A stretch of 64,000 bases of DNA from Roseibacillus sp. (lineage in GTDB: Bacteria > Verrucomicrobiota > Verrucomicrobiia > Verrucomicrobiales > Akkermansiaceae), in the NCBI GenBank assembly GCA_965242925.1, contig CBDEUM010000012.1, forward strand, positions 96,001 through 160,000, written 5' to 3'. The notes below the pieces were generated by a model. That model saw only the letters and a list, made by a program, of their open reading frames with translations. It was not told the DNA's origin and searched no databases. This document shows, piece after piece, positions 30,402 through 39,301 of this stretch. Both the position numbers and the translations under genes were made by a program. Numbering within the stretch: position 1 is the first letter of the stretch; every line of letters begins with the position of its first letter.

Positions 30402-31070
30402 TTATCTCGTGTCGGAGTCACTCCGCGACCCCTCCAGAAACTCCTCCACGAAGACGTTGCCTTGAAAATCATCATCGTTCTCCAGGCAGTGGACCGGGAC
30501 AGTGAGAAACTCGTTCAGGATACGACGATTGGTAGTCATTGCTACATGATGTTCCTCGGTCAGGTGGTTGAGAATCACCGCCAAAATCTCCAGGCCCCGA
30601 TCCTGAATGGCACGCTCCGTCAGAAGAGTGTGATTGAGTGCTCCCAGGCGGTTGGCGGCCACCAGGATGACCGGCCACCCGAGAGCCTGGGCCAGATCAG
30701 AAAAAGTCTCCGTCCTGGTCATGGGCACTTCCCACCCTCCGACACCCTCCATCAGGAGAACGTCATGGCGCTCCGCCAGGGCCTCGGCATGGGCCTGGAT
30801 TTCGTCCAGACTCACCGGCTTACCCTCAAGTTCAGCCGCTACCGCAGGCGTGACCGGAGCCTGGTACCAGATCGGGTTGAGCGCCTCAATGGGCTCCGCA
30901 TTTTCCGAGGCGGCCACCAGCAGTTCCGCATCAGTCCGTTCACCACAGCACACCGACTTGTAACCCACCGCGTCCACCCCCGCTTTCCGCAGTGCGCGCA
31001 CAAGCTGGCAGGTGACGTAGGTCTTGCCGACTCCTGTGTCTGTCCCGGTGACAAGAAAGGCATTTGGCAT
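30402..31070 (-). CDS. bioD: Dethiobiotin synthase
   Basis: 'VTGTDTGVGKT', 'EGVGG', 'LGALNHTLLT'. Confidence 0.96.
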   Translation of the reverse strand: MPNAFLVTGTDTGVGKTYVTCQLVRALRKAGVDAVGYKSVCCGERTDAELLVAASENAEPIEALNPIWYQAPVTPAVAAELEGKPVSLDEIQAHAEALAERHDVLLMEGVGGWEVPMTRTETFSDLAQALGWPVILVAANRLGALNHTLLTERAIQDRGLEILAVILNHLTEEHHVAMTTNRRILNEFLTVPVHCLENDDDFQGNVFVEEFLEGSRSDSDTR

Positions 31071-31166
31071 GGCTGAGGTGAATTTGTGGAGTGAAAACGG
31101 GGAGAGGTCGGAAGCAGTCCGGGTTCGATGCGGTGCGCCCTGATCCCTTCGCGCACCAGGCGGAGG

Positions 31167-31319
31167 TCAATCCCGGGTCTCCTCGACCGGGTCGCCCATG
31201 ACGGCGTCGTTCTTCTGGTATCCGTTAATCAGAAACCAGAGAGCGATCGCTGCCAGGAGCGACGCTATCTTGGGTATCCAATTGTTCCGGAACAACCTCT
31301 TCAGTAGCCTCTTGTTCAT
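31167..31319 (-). CDS. 50-aa single-TM protein resembling the CdaR/YbbR N-terminal anchor
   Basis: 'MNKRLLKRLFRNNWIPKIASLLAAIALWFLING' matches the CdaR N-terminal pattern N-x-x-x-K-x-x-S-L-x-x-A-x-x-L-W; directly downstream of and overlapping cdaA. Confidence 0.65.
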   Translation of the reverse strand: MNKRLLKRLFRNNWIPKIASLLAAIALWFLINGYQKNDAVMGDPVEETRD

Positions 31320-32085
31320 CACTATCGCCTTCCCTGTCGCTGAGGAAAATTTCTTCCAGCCGGTCACGGAACCCATCTTCGTCCATGTTTCTCTCGATCC
31401 TGCCGTCCACACATATGGAGACCGCTCCCGTTTCTTCACTCACCACGATGCTCACCGCATCGCTCTCTTCGGTGAGTCCGATCGCAGCCCGATGACGCAG
31501 TCCCATGGAACGATCTCCGATCTCGGTCTGGCTCACCGAAAAGACGCAGGATGCTGCCACGATGCGCTCGCCGGAGAGGACCACACCCCCATCATGCAGG
31601 GCCGTTTTGGGATGGAAAATGGTGAGCGCCAGCTCGGAACTCAGATCCCCGTTGATCTTCACCCCTGTTTCGATCTGATCCTTGAGATCGATACTCCGCT
31701 CAATGGCGAAGAGGGCCCCATAGCGCTTCTTGGAAAGCTGCCACACCGCATCCGCCACACTACTGAGAAACTCCTCCTGCTGGGTAATGTTGAAGGACCA
31801 CAGCCGGGAGCTCCCCAGACGGGCCAGAGCCATCCGCAATTCAGGCTGAAAAATGATCAGGAGAGCGAGGGCGGCCACCACTGCAACCCGCGTGATAATG
31901 AATTGCATCACCTCCAACTGGAGAAGTTGGGACGCAAGGGTAAGAGCCACGAAAATCATGGCCAGGCCCACCAGGATACGCGCTCCGCGGGTGGCCCGGA
32001 AGGTGCGGTAGAATTGATAGATGAAGACCCAGAGAATCAGGATCTCCACCGCGCTTCGCCAGTGCTCTTGCAGGAATTCTAACAC
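31225..32085 (-). CDS. cdaA: Diadenylate cyclase CdaA (3 TM + DAC domain)
   Basis: 'IIFQPELRMALARLG', 'GALFAIER', 'LHDGG', 'GLRHRAAIGLTEESDA..VVSEETG'; GTG start. Confidence 0.95.
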   Translation of the reverse strand: MLEFLQEHWRSAVEILILWVFIYQFYRTFRATRGARILVGLAMIFVALTLASQLLQLEVMQFIITRVAVVAALALLIIFQPELRMALARLGSSRLWSFNITQQEEFLSSVADAVWQLSKKRYGALFAIERSIDLKDQIETGVKINGDLSSELALTIFHPKTALHDGGVVLSGERIVAASCVFSVSQTEIGDRSMGLRHRAAIGLTEESDAVSIVVSEETGAVSICVDGRIERNMDEDGFRDRLEEIFLSDREGDSDEQEATEEVVPEQLDTQDSVAPGSDRSLVSD

Positions 32086-32097
32086 TACCTCTACCTG

Positions 32098-32125
32098 ATC
32101 CTAACGCGAAGCCTTGTTCAGGCAA
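32098..32125 (-). promoter_or_regulatory. Candidate sigma70 promoter of cdaA
   Basis: Minus strand: TTGCCT-N16-TAGGAT, 12 nt before the GTG. Confidence 0.5.
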
Positions 32126-32283
32126 TGGTAATCGTCGGGGCAGGTCATTTCGGAGCTCCGGCAGCAGGCGAATGTCATCCGCCACGATCGGAAATCGGGA
32201 TTTCCAGAAATTTACAAGTGAGGGCTTCTCCCTCCCCTCCTCTCCCCCTAGATTCCTCCTCACATTCCAATGCCTCCCTGCCC

Positions 32284-33480
32284 ATGAAGATCCTTCCGCT
32301 TACCACCATTCTATCCCTCGGTCTCTACAGCATTCCCATTCACGCTGCGGACCCCAAGTTCGACGCCCAGACCATCGACCCGCAGATCGCCATTGGATAC
32401 GGCCTCGCCCTTGGCGATGTCGACGGAGACGGCGACCAGGACATCCTCCTCGCCGACAAGAGCGACTTCTGGTGGTACGAAAATCCATCCTGGGAAAAGC
32501 ACATCTTCCACACTTTTCACAAGGGCGGGAAGCGCACCCAGCTTCGCGACAACGTCTGTATCGCAGCTCGTGATATCGATGGAGATGGCAAGGTTGAAGT
32601 AGCGGTGGGCGGCAACTGGAACCCCGGCAATACTGACAGCGAGGAACAGTCGGGATCCGTTCATTATCTCGGTTCCCTCGGCAAGGTGAAACCGGTGCAA
32701 CTAGCTCATGATCCCACCACCCACCGCATGAGATGGGTCCGCACCGCCGGGAAGAAATTTGCCCTGGTGGTCCTGCCCTTGCATGGCCGCGGAAACCGGG
32801 GAGGCCAGGGCAAGGGGGTCAATGTCACCGCCTACATCCCACCCGCCGATCCATCCGTTGGCAACTGGAAGACCGCCATCATCAACAACGAGCTCCACAA
32901 GACTCACAATTTCGACTCCGTGGAGGCAGGTAGGAATCGCGCCGCTTCGGTCTTCTCGCCGGACAACATCGTGGTTGCAGGCGCGGAGGGCGCGAGGGCC
33001 ATTTCCTTCGCCGGGGGAAAGTGGAACTCCTCCGACCTTGCCCTCCCGGATATGAACGGCGGCGTGGGCGAAATCCGGATTGGCATTCTCAACCCAGCCT
33101 CCTACGCCTGTATTGAACCCATGCACGGGAATACGGTGGCAGTTTACGAGATGGCAGGTGGAAAGGGTGAAGCGAACAGGTGGAAACGAACTGTCCTGGA
33201 TAACTCCCTCAATCAGGGCCACGCCCTCGCATACGCCGACGTTCTCGGCACCAACAGTCTTCAGGTCATCGCCGGGTGGCGTAACAAGAACAAGGAAGGA
33301 AAGGTCGGCATCAAACTCTATGCCCGGGGCAAGGGCGGCAAGTGGAGCACCCACCTCATTGATGACAACAAGATGGCTTGCGAGGACCTCAAGGTCGCCG
33401 ACCTCAACAAGGACGGAAAACTCGACATCATCGCCTGTGGCCGAGCCACCCGGAATGTGGTGATCTACTGGAACAAGTAG
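32284..33480 (+). CDS. Secreted FG-GAP/VCBS beta-propeller protein, resembling the aldos-2-ulose dehydratase propeller
   Basis: Signal peptide; 'GDVDGDGDQDI', 'DIDGDGKVEV', 'ADLNKDGKLDI'; His motifs 'THRMRW', 'PLHG', 'EPMHGN', 'GHAL'. Confidence 0.8.
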   Translation: MKILPLTTILSLGLYSIPIHAADPKFDAQTIDPQIAIGYGLALGDVDGDGDQDILLADKSDFWWYENPSWEKHIFHTFHKGGKRTQLRDNVCIAARDIDGDGKVEVAVGGNWNPGNTDSEEQSGSVHYLGSLGKVKPVQLAHDPTTHRMRWVRTAGKKFALVVLPLHGRGNRGGQGKGVNVTAYIPPADPSVGNWKTAIINNELHKTHNFDSVEAGRNRAASVFSPDNIVVAGAEGARAISFAGGKWNSSDLALPDMNGGVGEIRIGILNPASYACIEPMHGNTVAVYEMAGGKGEANRWKRTVLDNSLNQGHALAYADVLGTNSLQVIAGWRNKNKEGKVGIKLYARGKGGKWSTHLIDDNKMACEDLKVADLNKDGKLDIIACGRATRNVVIYWNK

Positions 33481-33512
33481 TGCCATTGCCTGTGCCTACA
33501 CAGCGGGCGGCC

Positions 33513-34373
33513 TCAGGATGGATCATTGATTCCCGGCAGCCCGCCTCCAAGCACCGCCTCCGCCATGCGGAGTGCATCGTGGTTCTCCTTTACCGCGTGC
33601 ACGCGATGGAGCAGAACCCCCTGCAGACGGGCAGCAGCAGTAAGGGCCACGGTGGGCCATTCCCGAAGGACGGATGAATCGTCGCCGAGAACCTTGCCAA
33701 TGAAACTCTTGCGGGAGAGTCCGATAAGGAGCGGGCGACCGCGCACAACCAACTCGTCAAGATGACCAAGCAGGGCCAGGTTGTGTTCCAAGGTCTTCCC
33801 GAATCCAATCCCTGGATCGAAACACAGGCACTCTGCGTCGATACCAGACGCGGTGAGGGTCTCATATCGCTCCCCAAAGAAGCAGCGAACTTCTTCCGCT
33901 ACGTTGTCGTAGTGGGGACTGGCCTGCATCGTGCGTGGCTCTCCCTGCATGTGCATGGCTACAAGACCGCATCCCGATTCACCACAGATATCGATCATGC
34001 CTGCATCCCCTCGCAGACCGGATACATCGTTCACTATATCGGCGCCGGCTCCCAGGGCCTTCTGCGCCACTTCTGCTTTACTGGTATCAATCGAGATGAG
34101 CCCGTCCCACTCGGCCCGCAATGCCTCGATGATCGGAATAGTCCGGCGCAGTTCCTCGGATGTGACGACTGGATCGGCTCCCGGTCGGGTCGATTCGCCA
34201 CCCACATCGATGATCTCCGCCCCTTCCACAATCATGCTACGCGCATGCTCAAGTGCCGGGATCACTCCCTGATACCTGCCCCCATCCGAAAAGGAATCGG
34301 GAGTAACATTCAGGATGCCCATGATCATCCCCCGATCCAACCCGAGAGTGCGACTGCCAATCTTCCAAGTCAC
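33513..34373 (-). CDS. folP: Dihydropteroate synthase
   Basis: 'MGILNVTPDSFSDGG', 'DVGGESTRPG', 'DPGIGFGK', 'SRKSF', 'RVH'. Confidence 0.97.
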   Translation of the reverse strand: MTWKIGSRTLGLDRGMIMGILNVTPDSFSDGGRYQGVIPALEHARSMIVEGAEIIDVGGESTRPGADPVVTSEELRRTIPIIEALRAEWDGLISIDTSKAEVAQKALGAGADIVNDVSGLRGDAGMIDICGESGCGLVAMHMQGEPRTMQASPHYDNVAEEVRCFFGERYETLTASGIDAECLCFDPGIGFGKTLEHNLALLGHLDELVVRGRPLLIGLSRKSFIGKVLGDDSSVLREWPTVALTAAARLQGVLLHRVHAVKENHDALRMAEAVLGGGLPGINDPS

Positions 34374-34487
34374 CGTCTCGCTGGACCCAAGCCCAAATCC
34401 GCCGACATGACATCAAAAATCCCTGCCATTTTACGTTAATTCCTCCAGCCATGGATCTCCGGCTGTCTGATTCGCCGTTGCTATTAC

Positions 34488-35090
34488 ATGGCCAAACAGC
34501 TATTTTTCTGGCCCATGCATCCCCCGCATCGCCTCCGCATCACTGCGCTCATCCTCGCCGTGATGGGTCTCAGTCTCGGCCCCGGCCTGAGCCAGCAGAA
34601 CAAGAAAAAGTCCTTCCCCGACAAGTTCCAGGAGAAGTGGGAGAAGGAGGGCCCCAACGTGCGGATCAAGCGGCATCAGGATGGTTCGCGAACCGTCTTC
34701 CGTCGCAGTCCCGACGACCGCACGCTGGTCAAGCGCACCTGGGGAATCAACGGGGCGGTCAAGATGATCGTGGTTTACCGCCTCAACGCCCAGAAAGACC
34801 CTCTCGCCTGCAAGATCTACGACGGTCGCGAGTCGCTCCTCTACAAGGTCTCTTACGGTTACAGCAAGACCACCGGTCGACTGCAGGCCGAACGCATGTT
34901 TGATGCCCGGGCACTGCGCACCGATCCCCGCACCGGAAAGGAAACCCCCGTTCGCGTGATGTACTATAACTACGACGCCCAGGGCAATTCCACCGCTCCC
35001 GAGGTTTACACCTTCAAGGAAGGCAAGAATGCGGAGGAAGTGTTCGGCTCACACGGTACGTTTCCGCGCGACAATCCGTTCAAGCCCTGA
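34488..35090 (+). CDS. Hypothetical secreted basic protein (start may be 34515)
   Basis: N-terminal hydrophobic signal; beta-rich Tyr/Arg sequence; typical codon usage. Confidence 0.7.
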   Translation: MAKQLFFWPMHPPHRLRITALILAVMGLSLGPGLSQQNKKKSFPDKFQEKWEKEGPNVRIKRHQDGSRTVFRRSPDDRTLVKRTWGINGAVKMIVVYRLNAQKDPLACKIYDGRESLLYKVSYGYSKTTGRLQAERMFDARALRTDPRTGKETPVRVMYYNYDAQGNSTAPEVYTFKEGKNAEEVFGSHGTFPRDNPFKP

Positions 35091-35112
35091 CGAACCCATC
35101 CAGCCAGAATCC

Positions 35113-36357
35113 ATGAAGGGCGTCGGCACACTTGCCTCCCTGACAGGGGCCGCGGCAGCTGCTGGCACGCTGCTGGTATTACTCAGGCCCGATTCGCAAC
35201 AATCGGCAGCAACCAAAGAGCAGGAGACCGGTCTCAGTATCGAGGCCTACGTGGAAGACACCCTTGGCCTGCGCTTCAAGACCACCCCCGAGATCCACCG
35301 GGTCGAACCAGAGGTCTCCCTCTCCAGGATCGAGGAAAATCTTGCCGCCCAGTTTGGGCCCGGGGGCCTCGCCCGGCGTTCGCGTGCCCTTGAACTCATG
35401 GGCTTCCACGAGTTCGGCGGGAGCTCCATGAGGGAGGGGTTGACAGCTCTCCAGTCGACAGGGGTCCGGGGCTGGCTGGATGAACGTGAAAACCAGCTTC
35501 TCCTTCCCAATGACTTCAACGAGAACGAGGTTGAGGATCGCAGCATCCTCCATGGCCTCCTTGCCCGCCTCCTCGTTCACCAGCACAGCCCCATGGTGAT
35601 CGGCCGACTAAGTGACGACGAGTGGATTACCCAGGCGGGTCTGCATTCCGCCATCGCGGAGTCCTTGCAGGCCAAGCTGCGAGAGGAATCCCGGGAAGCC
35701 TTTGAATTACCAACCTCCCTCGTCACCACCCGGGAAGCACTCCTGGCCAGTCTGCCCATCTATCTGGCCGCCCTCGGCGAACTCCCCCAGGAACGGGGCG
35801 TTGCCCGCATCTACCTGGAGACGAGGCTGCGCACAAAATCCCGCACCCTGCCGGGCCTGATCGAAGATCCGCCACAGAGCACCTTCGAATTGCTCGGGGG
35901 CGATCCTTCGGCCATTGCTCCGGTGACCCTTCCTGCACCTCCGGTCGGACAGGAAACCCAACTGGAAGAATCACTGGGGGCCCTGCAGATCCAGACCCTC
36001 ATCGAGTGGATCGAAAGCTACGAGCAGGCCCAGGCTCTCGCCCTGCTCTGGCGAGGAGACCGCTACCGACTCTTCGCCAACACAAGCGGCGATCACCTCC
36101 TCTGGGTCTGCCGGTGGGAGACGGAGGCCGCAGCCATCCGTGCGGCGGAGATCCTCTCCCGGCGTCACGAAAAGCCGGGCGCTCCCAGACGCTGCTTCTC
36201 TGTGATTGTTCACGGAAAGACCACGCTACTGGCCAACTGTGCCGACGATGAAACCCTGGAATCCATGACGAACCTGCAGTGGCCCACCGGGACCAGCTGG
36301 CTCCCCGGTCACCGGGACCTTCTTCTCTCCGGTGGCAACTTGTCTTCTCTACGGTAG
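35113..36357 (+). CDS. Hypothetical membrane-anchored protein, possibly a degenerate zincin (Hvo_1808-like)
   Basis: N-terminal TM; 'LGLRF..P', 'PPQST', 'SLGAL', 'WRGDRY', 'W...WETE..A' pattern; no intact HExxH. Confidence 0.65.
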   Translation: MKGVGTLASLTGAAAAAGTLLVLLRPDSQQSAATKEQETGLSIEAYVEDTLGLRFKTTPEIHRVEPEVSLSRIEENLAAQFGPGGLARRSRALELMGFHEFGGSSMREGLTALQSTGVRGWLDERENQLLLPNDFNENEVEDRSILHGLLARLLVHQHSPMVIGRLSDDEWITQAGLHSAIAESLQAKLREESREAFELPTSLVTTREALLASLPIYLAALGELPQERGVARIYLETRLRTKSRTLPGLIEDPPQSTFELLGGDPSAIAPVTLPAPPVGQETQLEESLGALQIQTLIEWIESYEQAQALALLWRGDRYRLFANTSGDHLLWVCRWETEAAAIRAAEILSRRHEKPGAPRRCFSVIVHGKTTLLANCADDETLESMTNLQWPTGTSWLPGHRDLLLSGGNLSSLR

Positions 36358-36392
36358 ACAGCAAAACCGATTCACGCGTAGCCTGCCGACAC

Positions 36393-36668
36393 ATGATCGC
36401 CAAGCGAGTCATCTTTTCCGGTCGGGTTCAGGGTGTGGGCTTCCGTTACACCACCAGGGAGATCGCCACCGGATTCGACGTGGTCGGGGCTGTTCGAAAC
36501 CTGCCCGACGGCACAGTGGAATTGGAGATCATGGGTGAAACCGATGAGGTGGAGGCTTACCTGGCCGAAATCACGGAAGAGAGCCCGGTGGCGCACTTTA
36601 TCAAGGAGGTGCAGATCGAAAAGATTGCTCTGCTCGAAAATGCCCGGGGATTCCGCATCACGCGCTGA
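36393..36668 (+). CDS. acyP: Acylphosphatase
   Basis: 'SGRVQGVGFRY', 'G.VRNLPDGTVE'. Confidence 0.95.
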   Translation: MIAKRVIFSGRVQGVGFRYTTREIATGFDVVGAVRNLPDGTVELEIMGETDEVEAYLAEITEESPVAHFIKEVQIEKIALLENARGFRITR

Positions 36669-36713
36669 TCCGTCCTCCGGACTACATCTTCATCCCTTGC
36701 AGGGACCGCTCCG

Positions 36714-37589
36714 CTATTCCTCCTCCACCACTCGATAGATTCCCTTGTCGCCGAACGACAGGACTGCCCAGGTCGTCTCCGTGCTGTCCGCCAGGGTGGA
36801 ACTCTTCTCACGCCAGCACAGATCGTTGGCGAGATATTGAATGATGTAGAATTTGCCCGGGGTGCTGGTCCATGTCAGCGATACCTCTTCGAATTCGTGA
36901 TCGTAGGTAACCTTCTTCAACTCGATAGCCTGCACCTCGACCAGTTGCGTCCGGACAGTGGAAGGATCCAAAGCGAAATTGATCAGCTGGCCTGTCCCGC
37001 TGGAAATCGAACCCCTGGCCTCGGTAATACGCGTAAAACTCTGTGATACGCATTTCAGGTCCGTGGAATCGAGATAGTCGGGAGGATCTCCACCATCCGT
37101 CGATTCGTTTCGAAATTCCACTCGCAGGCTGGGATTTGCTCCCAACGTCCCCCCGGGGAAAGAAGGAAATTCTCCCCCGTCCTCTCCCGCTACCGTGACC
37201 TTGAAAAAGTCTACCGTATCCCCGGTCACCCTCACATCCTGGATCTCAATGCTGTAAGGCGGACCTTCCGATCCGGAGACCAGCGTCCCTCGCCAGGTAT
37301 TCCCTCCAATCCTGATCCTGAGATCAATATCAATGGCATCATAGTATTCCTCCTGCTGCCAGAAGAGCTGGTCACTGAGATCGAAAAACTGCCTGAAGAC
37401 GCGTCCCTCACTCGCGTTATCGTAGCTCAGTTCGATGGAAACCGGATCCTCAATCGCTGCAACCTGAAGCAGATCCGTCCCCCGAACAAACTGCACCCTG
37501 CCGGTAGCGGTCCATTTCACTTCAGCGGCGCTCCCGCAGGCGGAACCCAGAATGAGCACACAGGAGGAAAGGGCAGCGTGGCGAAGCAT
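36714..37589 (-). CDS. Hypothetical secreted protein with a C-terminal 'LTW.S.PG..Y' beta-domain
   Basis: Signal peptide 'MLRHAALSSCVLILGSACG' (possible lipobox); C-terminus 'VSLTWTSTPGKFYIIQY..DL.W...IYRV'. Confidence 0.7.
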   Translation of the reverse strand: MLRHAALSSCVLILGSACGSAAEVKWTATGRVQFVRGTDLLQVAAIEDPVSIELSYDNASEGRVFRQFFDLSDQLFWQQEEYYDAIDIDLRIRIGGNTWRGTLVSGSEGPPYSIEIQDVRVTGDTVDFFKVTVAGEDGGEFPSFPGGTLGANPSLRVEFRNESTDGGDPPDYLDSTDLKCVSQSFTRITEARGSISSGTGQLINFALDPSTVRTQLVEVQAIELKKVTYDHEFEEVSLTWTSTPGKFYIIQYLANDLCWREKSSTLADSTETTWAVLSFGDKGIYRVVEEE

Positions 37590-37661
37590 GGGCAGGGACC
37601 AGTCCGGTAACCGATGGAAGCACGACGCCCAGGTCTCTGCGAGAAATCGCTCCCACAAATC

Positions 37662-37982
37662 TCAACCGGCTGTCCCGGTCCGAACCCACTTGAGGTAGGC
37701 CTCACTTCCTGCCCCCACCGGCAGGGCCAGTAGTTCCGGCACATCGTAGGGATGAAGGGCCTGTAATTCGCGCTCCAACTCATCGAAACGCTCCGCGGTT
37801 GTCTTGAAAACAGCCAGGACTTCCGATTCGTTGCAAATCTTGCCCTCCCAGCAAAAAATGGACTCCACCGCAGGGATCAGATTCACACAGGCCGCCAGTT
37901 GCTTTTTCACCAGAAGTGTGCCAATATGTCGCGCCTGAGGGAGATCTGGGAAGGTACACAGGACCACCTGAACGTCACTCAT
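37662..37982 (-). CDS. cutA: Divalent-cation tolerance protein CutA
   Basis: 'LAACVN', 'SIFCWEG', 'HPYDVPE', 'YLKW'. Confidence 0.95.
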   Translation of the reverse strand: MSDVQVVLCTFPDLPQARHIGTLLVKKQLAACVNLIPAVESIFCWEGKICNESEVLAVFKTTAERFDELERELQALHPYDVPELLALPVGAGSEAYLKWVRTGTAG

Positions 37983-38030
37983 CACCCTTCAATATCCAAG
38001 AACGCAGAACCGGCAACCCGGAAAGAGACC

Positions 38031-39221
38031 TTGAACAGCGGATTCATCGAGAAACTGATCGCACGACTCGATCGCCTGAGCCCCCGTCAGGTGGAAAGCC
38101 TGGTGGACCGCCTGGTGCGGGAAAGGGGATTTCTCGAAAACGTCTTCGATGCTCTCCAGGAGGGTGTCCTCATCCTGGATCCCGAGGGTGCGGTCACTTT
38201 CCTCAATGGTGCAGCCTGCGGCTTCTTCGGACTGCAGGCCGAGGAGGCGGTGGGGCAATCCCTCGACCTCCTTGTCCGAGGGCTGGATTGGACATCGCTG
38301 ATCGGGCCCGGGCGCCAGACCGTCAATCGCGATCTGGAAGTCTTCTATCCCGAGAACCGCTTTCTCAACTTCTATCTCTCACCCCTCGTGGAGGATGTGG
38401 ATGGCCAGGAGGAATTGCTGGGCTATGTCATGCTGGTCCGCGATATCACGCAGTCCCGGCGCGAGACGGAGGAAGCCATAGAAAGCGAAAAACTCAACGC
38501 CCTTACTCTGCTGGCTGCCGGGGTGGCTCACGAAATCGGTAATCCTCTCAACTCGCTCGGAATCCACCTTCAGCTTCTGGAACGCAAGGTGAGCGACCTG
38601 CCCCCGGGCGATCGCAAGAATCTCGATGAACATCTCACCACGGCACGCAACGAAATCCAACGACTCGACAGCCTGCTCAAGGAATTCCTCCACGCCATCC
38701 GCCCCACCAGTCCACTCCGCAAGACCGGCAATCTCAATAAAGTGATTGAGGATACCCTCGCCCTGCTGGCACCTGAGTTGAAGGAGAGAAACGTGAGCGT
38801 GCATCTCAAACTGGACGATCAGCTTCCCTCTTTACCCCTCGATGCCGATCAACTCAAACAGGCCTTTTTCAACCTGCTCAAGAATGCCTACCAGTCCTTG
38901 CCCGGCTCGGGCGGCGACGTACATGTCGATTCCCGGTTCAATGAATACGAAGTCGTGATCTCCGTGCAGGACAACGGCTCTGGAATTTCGCCGGAATTGA
39001 TGGGCTCCCTCTTTGAGCCCTTCCGCTCCGGTCGCAAGTCCGGCACCGGTCTCGGCCTCCTTATCGTCCGCCGCATCGTACGCGAACATGGCGGCGAGAT
39101 CGAAGTGGAAAGCGAGGAAGGGGAGGGAACTACGGTGCGTCTCTACTTCCCCAGTGTCGAAAAACGCGTCCGCCTCATCGAGGATTCCTCGCCCAAACCC
39201 AAATCCGTCATCGAAGTCTGA
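38031..39221 (+). CDS. Cytoplasmic PAS-domain sensor histidine kinase (NtrB-like)
   Basis: PAS 'VFDALQEGVLILD..G.VTFLN.AA'; H-box 'VAHEIGNPL'; N, G1 and G2 boxes 'NLLKNA', 'DNGSGI', 'GTGLGL'. TTG start inferred. Confidence 0.93.
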   Translation: MNSGFIEKLIARLDRLSPRQVESLVDRLVRERGFLENVFDALQEGVLILDPEGAVTFLNGAACGFFGLQAEEAVGQSLDLLVRGLDWTSLIGPGRQTVNRDLEVFYPENRFLNFYLSPLVEDVDGQEELLGYVMLVRDITQSRRETEEAIESEKLNALTLLAAGVAHEIGNPLNSLGIHLQLLERKVSDLPPGDRKNLDEHLTTARNEIQRLDSLLKEFLHAIRPTSPLRKTGNLNKVIEDTLALLAPELKERNVSVHLKLDDQLPSLPLDADQLKQAFFNLLKNAYQSLPGSGGDVHVDSRFNEYEVVISVQDNGSGISPELMGSLFEPFRSGRKSGTGLGLLIVRRIVREHGGEIEVESEEGEGTTVRLYFPSVEKRVRLIEDSSPKPKSVIEV

Positions 39222-39301
39222 CAACCATCTCCATTCTCCCCTTCCCTGCAGCGTGACGAACCAGTTATTCCCAGCCATCTGCCTTCCCCGTAGCAACACT
39301 C

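Noticed and set aside
31105..31166. tRNA-like GGTTCGAT motif between the CdaR-like ORF and bioD
   Set aside because: No T-stem, acceptor stem or cloverleaf can be formed.
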